Virus record (IMG/VR): IMGVR_UViG_3300027798_000016
Location: 61,391 to 125,390 of that record
Direction: 5' to 3' (one strand)
Origin: a virus
Length of the DNA: 64,000 nt
Below, one piece after another: positions 28,048 to 37,626 of the stretch. The notes below the pieces were generated by a model that saw only the letters and a list, made by a program, of their open reading frames with translations, searched no databases and was not told the origin of the DNA. Both the position numbers and the translations under genes were made by a program. How positions within the stretch are numbered: position 1 is the stretch's first letter; each line of letters opens with the position of its first letter.

Positions 28048-28482
28048 TTAATTTTTAAGCAGAAATAGCGTTTTTGCTTGCTTTAGTATGGAACTCATAC
28101 GCACAAAGTTAGTGCTCACTAACTCTAACAGCTCGTCAGCTGGATTAGATGATGTACTGGCCATGCCAAATGCAATTTCTCCCATGTCAGCAAAGTATTT
28201 TGGATTTGGCCATCTTGGTTGCTTGATGCCCCATCCATCAATGAACAAGCATTCTTCTCCAATCTCTCGCATTATTGGTTTTCGCTTGATGCCTGGCAAG
28301 GCCTGTGCGCTTAGAATTTTAATGGCAATTGGTTCGTTCCAAATATCAGTGCGTTCCATTGTGCGAGCAATGGTGTGAACTAAAAATGCCTCTATATCAG
28401 GCTCTAAAAAAGTCTGACTAGCACCCTGGGCTTCTACAACAATTTCCCACCCGGCTCTAACATATGGTTGCCAATTTTGCAT
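28048..28482 (-). CDS. Hypothetical protein
   Basis: Start MQNWQPY at 28482, 5 nt after TAAATA. Confidence 0.65.
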   Translation of the reverse strand: MQNWQPYVRAGWEIVVEAQGASQTFLEPDIEAFLVHTIARTMERTDIWNEPIAIKILSAQALPGIKRKPIMREIGEECLFIDGWGIKQPRWPNPKYFADMGEIAFGMASTSSNPADELLELVSTNFVRMSSILKQAKTLFLLKN

Positions 28483-28517
28483 GTTGATATTTATTGGATG
28501 CAGAGAAGTTACCGGCA

Positions 28518-28901
28518 CTAACCTTTGCCTTGTGCTTTTCGACTCAGCCCATCTAACCATAATATGATATCTTCATTGACCAATCGAATTTCCATTGCGT
28601 CTTGTTCTCCAAAGATGCGAAAGTAGCCGGCACCATGATAGTATGGCCAATCGAGATGTCGCTCTAGACCTATTAGGTGACCAGGCTTGGGACTCCAACC
28701 AACAGGACATTGATAAGACCAATACCTAAAATGAGGCCGCATCAGTTCCCAACCGAAACTGGTTAACCGAAGTCCTTTTTGACGGCCTGGTTGATAATTT
28801 TTAAACACCGTGTAAGGCGTTATCTTAGTGCTTGCCCAAATGTGCGGAACAGGGTACTGAGCCAGGTACTCAGTGATCTTTAAAGGAATTTCCTTGCTCA
28901 T
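28518..28901 (-). CDS. Hypothetical protein
   Basis: 127 aa; GLRLT..G motif. Confidence 0.65.
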   Translation of the reverse strand: MSKEIPLKITEYLAQYPVPHIWASTKITPYTVFKNYQPGRQKGLRLTSFGWELMRPHFRYWSYQCPVGWSPKPGHLIGLERHLDWPYYHGAGYFRIFGEQDAMEIRLVNEDIILWLDGLSRKAQGKG

Positions 28902-29181
28902 TGATACGGCGCCCTTGTTTTAATTCAACAACTGAAAAATCTTCAACTTTGAACATTTTATTCAAACGATCGGCAAGGTTAAAAGCATGACCTGGATTAG
29001 AGAAGCTGACTTTTTTGTATTTAGGCCCTGGATAACTTACCAGGCTATTTAGAGTGCGAAGATTGATGGGCTTATCTTTGTAGAATACAGCATAGATAGC
29101 ATCAGCCGCAAGCACTTCCTCACTCTTGTATGTGCGAGGGTTTGTATTGGTTAGGAGGATGGTTGGCTTGGGTCTGGACAT
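28870..29181 (-). CDS. Conserved-looking jumbo-phage protein (MSRPKP type)
   Basis: MSRPKPT...YPGPKYKKVSFSNPGHAFNLA; TAAATA 5 nt upstream. Confidence 0.75.
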   Translation of the reverse strand: MSRPKPTILLTNTNPRTYKSEEVLAADAIYAVFYKDKPINLRTLNSLVSYPGPKYKKVSFSNPGHAFNLADRLNKMFKVEDFSVVELKQGRRINEQGNSFKDH

Positions 29182-29229
29182 GCAGTTATTTATCAAAACA
29201 GCATATTTAATGACTGGATAAACTACCGC

Positions 29230-29595
29230 TTAAATGAATTCTTTGGCTCTGAAAGATTTTAGATTTTTACCAGTTAATACCATACAACTTATACTGGTTT
29301 TACTTGCATCTGCTGTCATTCCAGATGCAACTATAGTCCAATTGCCTGTAGACTTACTGGCCCATATGGTCATTAATAAATTTAGTGTGTCAACTTCACC
29401 GGTAACAATGAGCTCTTCGCCAACACTGGCCAATGCACCTATGACTTCTTCGCTGGTAGAACAAGTCCATGGAACATTGGTTTGAAAGGCTGCGGCCAAC
29501 ACTGGCAAGCACTTTAATGCTAGGTATAGTACCAGTGCAATTACTGCAAACTTAGTTATAACTGGCCGCCAGCCAGTCTGTGTGTTGTTGAGCAT
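29230..29595 (-). CDS. Hypothetical exported/membrane protein
   Basis: N-terminal hydrophobic signal, two conserved-looking Cys. Confidence 0.55.
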   Translation of the reverse strand: MLNNTQTGWRPVITKFAVIALVLYLALKCLPVLAAAFQTNVPWTCSTSEEVIGALASVGEELIVTGEVDTLNLLMTIWASKSTGNWTIVASGMTADASKTSISCMVLTGKNLKSFRAKEFI

Positions 29596-30535
29596 TATCC
29601 GAAGCCTTCTGTAAACCATATTTACCACAGAACTTCATAAAATGCGGCCCTACACTGGGATACTTTTCTTTTTGCACAGCTTCGGCAATACCTTGATCCA
29701 GTACAGCCTTGATGTTATCAGGTTGTGCTGTTAGGTCAATGATGGCTCGGTTTCGTTCGTAATCATCTCTAACCAAGTGTTCGACTTCTTCATGGTCGGT
29801 CCAACGCTGAAGCATGAGATTGTTCCACATGAAGCCTTTGTTATGACGATCTGCAAAAGCTTCTATTAGACCAACTTTATTCTTTGAACCTTTTGTACGC
29901 ACTCCAGGAAACGCTGAGAAGATGTTGTCACTGGTATCACCACGCATGCACTTTTCAAACAGCAACCATTCTGGATCAGGAGCAGGCTTTACTTCTTTGG
30001 TCTTTTTATCAACAATGGTCTTGCCCTTGTCATCAAAGTAACCTTCGTGCGTGGTCAGCACTCCGGCAATGCCATTATATAACTGAACATTGGGAGCCAC
30101 CAACTGTTCAAAGTCGCCATCACTTGAAACAATAATATGGTTGTCACTGGGATGCAGTTGTATCCAACGGGCAATAAAATCATCAGCTTCGCATACAGGA
30201 TTACGCAATACTGTCACATTGGTGCGAGTACTGATGTATTCGTAAAACTTATCAAAGCTTTCCCAGAAGAGTTTTTCTTCTTCGGCTTCCTTGACTGTGT
30301 GCTTGGCTCGGGCATCAGACCGTTGTGCCTTGTAAGGTTTATAAACATCCTTACGCCAGCTTCTTCCTTCGAAGCAGAACACCACATGCTGTCCCTTGCG
30401 CTCTCGCCACTGTTTAAGCACAGCGGCCAGAATAATATGATAACTCATGGCAACTCGTTCTTCAGGATCACCAGAACGGATCACATGACGGGCACGGAAG
30501 AAGAGATTAGCGGCATCAACAATTAAATAGCTCAT
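29552..30535 (-). CDS. rnh: T4-type RNase H / 5'-3' flap exonuclease
   Basis: LIVDAANLFFR, SWRKDVY.PYK..R, CEADD, IVSSDGDF, GDTSDNI. Confidence 0.9.
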   Translation of the reverse strand: MSYLIVDAANLFFRARHVIRSGDPEERVAMSYHIILAAVLKQWRERKGQHVVFCFEGRSWRKDVYKPYKAQRSDARAKHTVKEAEEEKLFWESFDKFYEYISTRTNVTVLRNPVCEADDFIARWIQLHPSDNHIIVSSDGDFEQLVAPNVQLYNGIAGVLTTHEGYFDDKGKTIVDKKTKEVKPAPDPEWLLFEKCMRGDTSDNIFSAFPGVRTKGSKNKVGLIEAFADRHNKGFMWNNLMLQRWTDHEEVEHLVRDDYERNRAIIDLTAQPDNIKAVLDQGIAEAVQKEKYPSVGPHFMKFCGKYGLQKASDNAQQHTDWLAASYN

Positions 30536-30541
30536 GTAGTT

Positions 30542-30570
30542 ATTGTAGCAGATGCTACCCTCAAAGTCAA
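30542..30570 (-). promoter_or_regulatory. sigma70-type promoter giving a probably leaderless rnh mRNA
   Basis: TTGACT-17 bp-TACAAT, 6 nt before ATG. Confidence 0.7.
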
Positions 30571-30890
30571 GATTGATTTTTTGTTTTTTCGTTTGTGGCA
30601 ACACGGCCACCGTCTGCTATAAAATCAGTAGTGGCTTGTCCGTCTTGACCCACATTACGACATAGGTCCGTGAACCATGCATCTACAATTTCTTCGGGAG
30701 CCATACCAGTATACCCACTTTTTCTAAGGAATATAACAAAGGCAGGATTCCATTCCAATTCAAAGTAACCTGATTTTGGATTATTTGGATCCACATGTGC
30801 TTTGATAACATTCACCCACGGCTCGGTACTATCACGCATTGACTTTGCTGTGTCTTTACTTTTAAATTTACTTTTTAACCAGTTAAACAT
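30567..30890 (-). CDS. Hypothetical protein
   Basis: 107 aa; EPWV...GYFELEWN...VDAWF..LCR. Confidence 0.7.
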   Translation of the reverse strand: MFNWLKSKFKSKDTAKSMRDSTEPWVNVIKAHVDPNNPKSGYFELEWNPAFVIFLRKSGYTGMAPEEIVDAWFTDLCRNVGQDGQATTDFIADGGRVATNEKTKNQS

Positions 30891-31095
30891 ATTTTTCTTC
30901 TCGTTCTTTTAATTTAATCAAAACTTGTTCTCTCCATTCAACTGTTTCGCTATACCAACTAATTCGTTCTTCGTCGGTTCTAAAACAGCCAATGCACATT
31001 CCTTCACCATCTGTTGCACAAATGCCTACGCATGGGTTGGTGTTGTTTGCATGCTCATCCGGCCCTGTCGAGGTAGTCATGTTGGTGCTCATCAA
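30883..31095 (-). CDS. DUF1289-like small Cys protein
   Basis: NPCVGIC...CIGCFRT.EE..W. Confidence 0.8.
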   Translation of the reverse strand: MMSTNMTTSTGPDEHANNTNPCVGICATDGEGMCIGCFRTDEERISWYSETVEWREQVLIKLKEREEKYV

Positions 31096-31342
31096 TTGAA
31101 ATCTTCTTCTTTGGTTTAAATAATGCGGCTAACTGGTGCAACTTAGAATCAACATTCTTAGGCTGAATCAAGGACCTTGGAGCATAACCGGCGTATCTAA
31201 CACTTTGTAAAGCATTAGATACACCACAGAGTTTACACACATCTTCCAATTGGAGGGTGCTAATAACATTGTTAGAAAAACAAAGATGTTTCCAAGTTGC
31301 CATAATGTTATATATCCTTAAAATGTCAATTAAATTACTCAT
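31055..31342 (-). CDS. Hypothetical protein
   Basis: 95-aa ORF filling the operon gap, CxxC; start uncertain. Confidence 0.4.
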   Translation of the reverse strand: MSNLIDILRIYNIMATWKHLCFSNNVISTLQLEDVCKLCGVSNALQSVRYAGYAPRSLIQPKNVDSKLHQLAALFKPKKKISIDEHQHDYLDRAG

Positions 31343-31686
31343 TTACTATTCTTAAAATTCTTTACATCTTTGATTGCAATCTTCAAAGTCTCTGCATAAT
31401 TAAGAGCCTGTTGTTCTCGCATGATAATACTGGCTTCATATTCAATGTATCCTCGAGTCAGTAAAGTCCATATCTTTTGCCAACGATTCAATGCCCACCA
31501 CTTGCTTTTTTGTTGTGTGTATGTTGTTACAGTAACGCCGGTATCATCAGCTTCAATCCACACATTATGATCGTGATTATCATCTCCACATTCACATACC
31601 ACTTGATAGGTCATGGCGTCGCCCCAATCGCTTCTCTTCAATATACCTTCTGCTGGTATTTGCGCTTTTAATGTGTTAGTAGCCAT
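31339..31686 (-). CDS. Hypothetical protein
   Basis: 115 aa; CECG...H. Confidence 0.65.
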   Translation of the reverse strand: MATNTLKAQIPAEGILKRSDWGDAMTYQVVCECGDDNHDHNVWIEADDTGVTVTTYTQQKSKWWALNRWQKIWTLLTRGYIEYEASIIMREQQALNYAETLKIAIKDVKNFKNSK

Positions 31687-31865
31687 ATCAAATGTTCCTT
31701 TTTGTCATGATAACGAAATTCAACAACTGCTTCTTTTGTGCCAGCCCATATAACTACACCTTCCACTGCATATCTCAACCACAGCAACTTTCCTGTTAGT
31801 TCACATCTGCGTGGCTTCCAAAGAAATCTTGATTTCCAAAATGCTTTATCGTGAAAGGAAGACAT
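31668..31865 (-). CDS. Small hypothetical protein
   Basis: FLWKPRRCELTGKLLWL; start uncertain. Confidence 0.55.
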   Translation of the reverse strand: MSSFHDKAFWKSRFLWKPRRCELTGKLLWLRYAVEGVVIWAGTKEAVVEFRYHDKKEHLIWLLTH

Positions 31866-31892
31866 CTGCGTACGACTGTAATAAAACGGCAA

Positions 31893-32762
31893 TCACTTGC
31901 CCCAACCATTGGACCAAATGTCAACATGCAACCTGGGACTGTAACGATAGCCTCTGGCCAGTGCTTCATCAGCAATGTGTCTTGTGTTAGAAAAGTATGC
32001 TTTGTCTGTGCCGCCTACCGGCATCACATAAACTTGTCCACCAAAGCCTGCCGCACGGTATTCACTAACAGCTTGATCAACCTCATCAAAGTCTTTGATG
32101 TTTTCAATTACAAATTTTAAATAAGTGTAGCCAAGTGTTTGATATTCAACAACTACATCAGGTTTAATTGCATCCGCCCACTGCTCACCACTGGAAGTCA
32201 GCTTGGGGCTAACACTAAATGTAAGGTAGTCTCGGTCTCGGCCAAACCTTGTCCATTCTTCAAACAGATAGGTATGGAAATCATCATGTAACTTTTGAGT
32301 ACCATTTGTTTCAAATGTCAAATTGGCCAGATCACTCATACGACTATTGCCTAACAATGCAGGATACAATTGTTGCCAACCCAGCAATGGCTCACCACCA
32401 GTAATGACCAAATGTACATCATTGCCATTGTTTTGTTCCCAGTGATTGTTGGGTGTCAAGTCTAACATGGCATCAATTGCCTGCTCAACACTATAGTTAG
32501 GACTTAGATGTTTGAATGCAGGATGCCAACTGGCGTAACTGTCACAACCGGTATTGGCCAGTGGCAAGTCATTGAAGGTTGGATACAGGTGTACCACCTT
32601 GCCAATGTCATCTGGCTCTGTGGTCTTTTCACCTGTGGGCAGACCAAAGCCTGCACACTTAAAGTTACAACCAAATGTTCTAAAGAACACACTGGGTACG
32701 CCAACAAAGCGACCTTCGCCTTGTGCGCTGTAAAATATTTCGCTTACTTTAAATTCATTCAT
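31893..32762 (-). CDS. queE: 7-carboxy-7-deazaguanine synthase (radical SAM)
   Basis: SEIFYSAQGEG...VFFRTFGCNFKC...CDS, VITGGEPLL, FETNGT, SVSPKL, SPRLH. Confidence 0.9.
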   Translation of the reverse strand: MNEFKVSEIFYSAQGEGRFVGVPSVFFRTFGCNFKCAGFGLPTGEKTTEPDDIGKVVHLYPTFNDLPLANTGCDSYASWHPAFKHLSPNYSVEQAIDAMLDLTPNNHWEQNNGNDVHLVITGGEPLLGWQQLYPALLGNSRMSDLANLTFETNGTQKLHDDFHTYLFEEWTRFGRDRDYLTFSVSPKLTSSGEQWADAIKPDVVVEYQTLGYTYLKFVIENIKDFDEVDQAVSEYRAAGFGGQVYVMPVGGTDKAYFSNTRHIADEALARGYRYSPRLHVDIWSNGWGK

Positions 32763-33027
32763 ATATACTAGACCATTTCTTTAGTTTCTCAAACTTGGCT
32801 TGCTTTGCGGCTTCCATGCCTTCAACTGTCACTACACCTAACGATTGTAACAGGTCTACCATGGCAAGTAAATCACCAATTTCACCTTCTAAGTGCTGTG
32901 CATTAGTTAGCGGCTTGCCCGGCTTCATATTGTCCAAGCCAAAACGATTGCATTTGCTAACGGCCTGAATCACCTCAGCACATTCTTCACTTAGAATGTT
33001 CATTACTTCGTATAGTTTATTGTCCAT
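32755..33027 (-). CDS. MazG-like nucleotide pyrophosphohydrolase
   Basis: EECAEVIQAVSK..RFG...LEGEIGDL. Confidence 0.8.
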   Translation of the reverse strand: MDNKLYEVMNILSEECAEVIQAVSKCNRFGLDNMKPGKPLTNAQHLEGEIGDLLAMVDLLQSLGVVTVEGMEAAKQAKFEKLKKWSSIYE

Positions 33028-33220
33028 TTTTAAAATCCATGTGTGGTGCAATATCATTGTCAAAAATTTGGGCCATCTGATTCCACAGAGACTTGGCTTC
33101 TTCATCAGTGATGCCAGCTTCAAACATTCCACCATGAGGTTCAGATCCTCCTTTGCGAAGTCCGTAATCATGCCTAAATGTATAGCACATGCCGGTTATA
33201 ATCTGTAATCTATTTTTCAT
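33017..33220 (-). CDS. Hypothetical protein
   Basis: 67 aa; coupled to neighbours. Confidence 0.6.
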   Translation of the reverse strand: MKNRLQIITGMCYTFRHDYGLRKGGSEPHGGMFEAGITDEEAKSLWNQMAQIFDNDIAPHMDFKNGQ

Positions 33221-34080
33221 TATACCTCCAATACAATGTTAGGATTCCAACCTGTGCGTTCGCTGTAACCATCGTTTTCATACCCACGAGGGTTACATAC
33301 AATACGAGTATCACCAATCATGTAATCAAACGGATGATGGGTGTGACCATGTGTCCACAACGCAATCTGCGGATGATCCAGAATGAACTCACTCAACTCA
33401 CTGTGGTAGCCACCGTTCATTGCACGATCGTTCGCATACAGTTGATGACAGCTTTGAAAGCTTGGGCTATGATGACCAACTACCACAACCTTTTTGTCCT
33501 TGTGTTCTTGCACAATATGCTTGATATAGCCCAGCGTCTTATCGTGACGAATAGCAACATCCAACGCACTCATGGTGGCATAGTTTCGTCGATCATTCCG
33601 AATGATACGGAAGTCGTTCATCATACCTTCAATGGCATGCATGGTCAGCGGATCACGCCGGTTCATATCAGTCCACAAGGTACCACCAACAAACACAACA
33701 TCATTGATGATCTTCATGTCTTGTTCCAACATGTAAATGTTAGGGTACCGGGCCAGTTCCTCACGCATGTAGTCAATGCCCGCAAAGAACTTACCGTTGT
33801 AAAATTCGTGATTGCCCATAATGTAAATCACATGTGGGAACTGAAAACTACAACGCTTAAAAAAATCTCTAAAACGCTGTGCGGCCTGCTGTCTGCGACC
33901 CAGTCCAGTGCCATTGGCAATGGCCGCTTGCTCGCTGGTATTGCTGGGTTCGGGGTGGTCGTGCAGATCCTGGGCAATACAAATATCACCGCCCAAAATT
34001 AAAACATCACAGTTGTCATTGTTGTTAATATGAACATCTGAAAATTCTAAGTGTAAATCACTAACCAGCTTTATCTTCAT
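33220..34080 (-). CDS. Calcineurin-like metallophosphoesterase
   Basis: SDLH, GGDI, GNHE, GHHSP, HGHTH, NPRGY. Confidence 0.92.
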   Translation of the reverse strand: MKIKLVSDLHLEFSDVHINNNDNCDVLILGGDICIAQDLHDHPEPSNTSEQAAIANGTGLGRRQQAAQRFRDFFKRCSFQFPHVIYIMGNHEFYNGKFFAGIDYMREELARYPNIYMLEQDMKIINDVVFVGGTLWTDMNRRDPLTMHAIEGMMNDFRIIRNDRRNYATMSALDVAIRHDKTLGYIKHIVQEHKDKKVVVVGHHSPSFQSCHQLYANDRAMNGGYHSELSEFILDHPQIALWTHGHTHHPFDYMIGDTRIVCNPRGYENDGYSERTGWNPNIVLEV

Positions 34081-34354
34081 TGTCGTCCTCAAGCTTTGCA
34101 ATAGAGTTTAATCCGTTAATTGGAATACCATCTTCGTCCACAATAGCAAAACCATCAAAGATAAATCCAGCACCTTTACAGAAATCCGAAAATGCTTGTA
34201 AAATTTCTTCTAAGTTGTCGTGATTGTGATCTAATACAAGTTTCCTAATACCATCATTGTAGCATATTAACCATTGCGTGTCAAGCGAATGTTTTTCAAT
34301 ATCGGCCATGGACCGCAATGCTTTTTTAATTGATTCCCAGTCCTTATGTGCCAT
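34061..34354 (-). CDS. Hypothetical protein
   Basis: LEEILQAFSDFCKGAGF motif; contains an internal promoter. Confidence 0.55.
   Translation of the reverse strand: MAHKDWESIKKALRSMADIEKHSLDTQWLICYNDGIRKLVLDHNHDNLEEILQAFSDFCKGAGFIFDGFAIVDEDGIPINGLNSIAKLEDDNEDKAG
34256..34284 (-). promoter_or_regulatory. sigma70-type promoter inside a coding sequence
   Basis: TTGACA-17 bp-TACAAT with extended -10 TG. Confidence 0.65.
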
Positions 34355-35138
34355 TGGGTCGCATTTCTCTATTGATATCACTAATGGCACGGATCAAGTC
34401 AATATGGATTCCAGACTTGACCAAGGCCGCTTCAAAGGTCCTGACATCTTTGGGGAAGCATTTGCCGCCATATCCGGCTTGTCCATCAGGACCAGGACTT
34501 TGCCAATGACTTGATCCTAGTCGACCCTCTGATTGCAGTAACCGTTGCACTATCTCATATGAAGCCGCATTTTTCTCGCACAGTTGTCTTACTTGATTGG
34601 CAAAGATCACTTTCATTGCCAAGAATGTATTTGTGCTTAACTTGGCAATCATTGCTTCAACTGCATCAGTTATCAACAGCGTTCCTTTATACAGGCCAAT
34701 CACATTTGCAAATTCTTCTGTGGCCTCACCACCAATGACAACCACTCTTGGATTAACACTATCTTCTTTCCAAGTGGCCTCACGAATGTACTCCGGCCAA
34801 ATAATTAAATTTTGCCCCAACTGTTTTTCTAATTTCACAGCAGACTCAACACCAATGGTACTTCTTACAATAATCTTTCCTTTGAATTCATTTTGCAATG
34901 CTTCGTTGATTGCCGCATCAACGCATGACGTATCATTCTCGGGTAATATTTCCGAATCATTTAAATCTGTATTGACACAGACAATGACATAGTCGGCCAC
35001 TGCCCAACTACCAGGATCAGCAACAAGATCCTTGCCTGGATCATTGAATTCGATCTCAATCTCAGGAACAAATGCTCTCAAAAACATTTCGGTTGATTGG
35101 CCAACTGTACCTTGGCCTTGTATGATAACTTTAGTCAT
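34344..35138 (-). CDS. Short UDP-glucose/GDP-mannose dehydrogenase family protein
   Basis: GQGTVG, CVNT, RSTI, PEYIRE, KLSTNTFLA.KV.FAN, GYGGKCFPKD. Confidence 0.85.
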   Translation of the reverse strand: MTKVIIQGQGTVGQSTEMFLRAFVPEIEIEFNDPGKDLVADPGSWAVADYVIVCVNTDLNDSEILPENDTSCVDAAINEALQNEFKGKIIVRSTIGVESAVKLEKQLGQNLIIWPEYIREATWKEDSVNPRVVVIGGEATEEFANVIGLYKGTLLITDAVEAMIAKLSTNTFLAMKVIFANQVRQLCEKNAASYEIVQRLLQSEGRLGSSHWQSPGPDGQAGYGGKCFPKDVRTFEAALVKSGIHIDLIRAISDINREMRPNGT

Positions 35139-35892
35139 TTTTTTCTCTTAATATAAAATCTGGATATTTTTCTAAGCTGGCATCTAGCAACTCTTCTAAT
35201 CGTCCCAAGTGAACCCATCCTTTAATCACAACAAGTATTTTTTTATACTTGGGATTAAAGTCTGCGCCATGTAAGTAATCTTCATTGTTCCATGCAAATG
35301 TATTGGTATCACTTGGTAGTTTTACATAGTATCGATCATGCAGTGGAATGTCTGAGTGAGGTGGATATTTATTTGCTGGTGTCAAGTAAAATGTTTCGAT
35401 TGGATTTTCATCATGCAACATCAAACGGATCTCAGTTGGAAATCGCATTTTACCATCTATGCTCGATGGGAGATTTCCATCATAGTGTGCTGGAATAACT
35501 TTATGGTTGCTCCATAATCGAATGGATCTAACTTTTGTAAACGGTAATATTCCTAAAATTGATTTAAGGTAAGTTGGTTGAGAATCTGCCAATTCTTTAG
35601 ATACTGTTGTCAGCCATGCCGCATCTTTCAACACTGATGGCATCTCATACATTGCAATGCCATTCCATTGTTGGTAATCCATTGACGCACCGTCGACGCC
35701 ATCTGCTCCACGGTCAATATGTTGCCGACGTACTGCTTCGTTCTGTGAATCCCAAATCTTCCAAAATTCATCAGCATTGTCTAACTCTAGTTTTGGCAAT
35801 GCCAATGGCAATGAAATAATACTTTTGTATTTTTCATTGAGTCGCGGACAATCATACAGTCTGATCAAAGAAGCAAGTGTTTCTAATTTCAT
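35131..35892 (-). CDS. Possible 2OG-Fe(II) oxygenase/cupin-like protein
   Basis: IPAHYD...FAWNN..YLHGA...KILV. Confidence 0.5.
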   Translation of the reverse strand: MKLETLASLIRLYDCPRLNEKYKSIISLPLALPKLELDNADEFWKIWDSQNEAVRRQHIDRGADGVDGASMDYQQWNGIAMYEMPSVLKDAAWLTTVSKELADSQPTYLKSILGILPFTKVRSIRLWSNHKVIPAHYDGNLPSSIDGKMRFPTEIRLMLHDENPIETFYLTPANKYPPHSDIPLHDRYYVKLPSDTNTFAWNNEDYLHGADFNPKYKKILVVIKGWVHLGRLEELLDASLEKYPDFILREKND

Positions 35893-36212
35893 CGCTCTAA
35901 CAAATCTTTTTTATTCTTGACATTTTTAAATTCTTCAGCAGTATCAAGCGGTGCCTTACTTTTAGTAATAACAGGCCAAATTTTGCTAAGTTCAATGTTG
36001 ATTGGTAGCCAGGGTTTTTGTTCTTCTGTCATGTCTCGATCTGCAACAATAGCATCCACCGGGCATTCGGGGATACAAACTCCGCAGTCAATGCATTCGT
36101 CAGGATCTATAACAAGAAAGTTTGGCCCTTCTTTAAAACAATCAACAGGGCATACTTCAACACAATCAGTATACTTGCATTTAACACAACTTTCAGTCAC
36201 GACATAAGTCAT
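35889..36212 (-). CDS. fdxA: 7Fe ferredoxin
   Basis: [26 protein letters not shown]...[12 protein letters not shown]. Confidence 0.93.
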   Translation of the reverse strand: MTYVVTESCVKCKYTDCVEVCPVDCFKEGPNFLVIDPDECIDCGVCIPECPVDAIVADRDMTEEQKPWLPINIELSKIWPVITKSKAPLDTAEEFKNVKNKKDLLER

Positions 36213-36213
36213 T

Positions 36214-36627
36214 TTATATCTTCCAATTCTGTTCTATGCGTTCTTTGTTGTTGGGTCTGTTACCAGTTAACCCCAACATACCTCTATATGCCTGCCAAGC
36301 TTCCTGTACCATTGGATCTTCATGTCCGCCGGTAGGAAACAAATCAGCCCATACAGCATTTTCTGGCATCATATTTCTATATGTGCCAAAGTTACGAGGT
36401 TGGTGTATCTTCCCTTCTCGGAACAGCACACTGGCCACACCCTGACACGCTGTCTCGTCTAATCCTTCTAAGTATCCAGTGCGATACATATATTCATTTA
36501 CAATTGGAACTAGTTGTTCCTGTGTTTCAAATCGTGTGCCAGATACAATAACTACAACATCGTTGATATCAACAACATCTGTAACAATGTCACGAATACA
36601 ACGGCCCAGGCTAAATCCCACTTTCAT
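36214..36627 (-). CDS. Hypothetical protein
   Basis: [15 protein letters not shown]...GKIHQPR.FG; SD aaggag. Confidence 0.7.
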   Translation of the reverse strand: MKVGFSLGRCIRDIVTDVVDINDVVVIVSGTRFETQEQLVPIVNEYMYRTGYLEGLDETACQGVASVLFREGKIHQPRNFGTYRNMMPENAVWADLFPTGGHEDPMVQEAWQAYRGMLGLTGNRPNNKERIEQNWKI

Positions 36628-37129
36628 ATGTGCTCCTTGTCCACCAAGACTCCCACGGGAAGTCGATCCATACATCTTTTTCAACTTTGTTAACACTCAT
36701 ACCACAATAGTCAGTATACTGGTCGCTAGCCTCATTGTCAACCAAAACGGCCAAACGAACTGATTTATGCCAATGCTTGTCAATGAAATCTGGCTCAACG
36801 CCAACTACAGAACTGGCCCAATCTTCCATCAGCCATGCTTGAGTTGCACCTGAATCATTTATATCATCTACCAGTAATATTTTCTTCCCAGCCAACACTT
36901 CTTCTGGTGCCCATAGCAACGACTCGGTATCTTTAAAATCTCTAAGCGATACTTTAACTGTGGCATGTGGAATCTCCAGGTACTGACTGAGCATGTTACT
37001 GAGAATTAATCCACCACGATCAATGCCAATGATAAGATCTGGTCGCCAACCACTTACATTGATATCACGAACAATAGTATGGGCCAGATACTCTATATCG
37101 CCCCAGGACAATGAACATTTTTTTAACAT
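36611..37129 (-). CDS. Type I phosphoribosyltransferase (xanthine-guanine PRT-like)
   Basis: IGIDRGG, LLVDDINDSGAT PRPP loop, WIDFPWE. Confidence 0.88.
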   Translation of the reverse strand: MLKKCSLSWGDIEYLAHTIVRDINVSGWRPDLIIGIDRGGLILSNMLSQYLEIPHATVKVSLRDFKDTESLLWAPEEVLAGKKILLVDDINDSGATQAWLMEDWASSVVGVEPDFIDKHWHKSVRLAVLVDNEASDQYTDYCGMSVNKVEKDVWIDFPWESWWTRSTYESGI

Positions 37130-37623
37130 TATTTTTCTTCCGACGAATCCGGGCCGCCTAATAGTTTTTCCATTGCTTTGTACTCGTTGTACATTTCCTT
37201 GAGCATGGGATATTTTTCATGCATTTCAAAGTTAGGTGCTATGATCAGCAACCGCTTCTTCAATACTTCCATCATATTGGCCAGCTCGTCGATATCAATT
37301 TCGTTCTTGGCTGTTTTGATTGTAGTCTTACCATATACGGTATCGCCTGCTGAAAGTGAAGCACTGGTCAGTGATCCTATAGTATATGTTCCGTTCATAA
37401 TATTTCCAGCACTTCCACTACCAGTAATTGTAATGCCGTTGCTGAGTCCAATATTGGTTAGGTCAATACTGCCCATGGTGTCCATACCAATATCATACAG
37501 GTCTCCAGAAAGAGTAATGGTAGAAACATCCTGTGCAGTGGTATTAGTCTCGTCCCATTTGAACTCAACAGGATCTATAGTAGACAGCACATCTTTCAAT
37601 TTGTTTTTTGAGTCATTGTCCAT
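37129..37623 (-). CDS. Hypothetical protein
   Basis: 164 aa; C-terminal EKYP.LKE.Y..YK..EKL. Confidence 0.65.
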   Translation of the reverse strand: MDNDSKNKLKDVLSTIDPVEFKWDETNTTAQDVSTITLSGDLYDIGMDTMGSIDLTNIGLSNGITITGSGSAGNIMNGTYTIGSLTSASLSAGDTVYGKTTIKTAKNEIDIDELANMMEVLKKRLLIIAPNFEMHEKYPMLKEMYNEYKAMEKLLGGPDSSEEK

Positions 37624-37626
37624 AGT

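Noticed and set aside
33334-34002. 222-aa + strand ORF and similar antisense ORFs (56249-56845, 37178-37690, 60728-61150)
   Set aside because: Antisense shadows of well-supported - strand genes; no motifs or start signals
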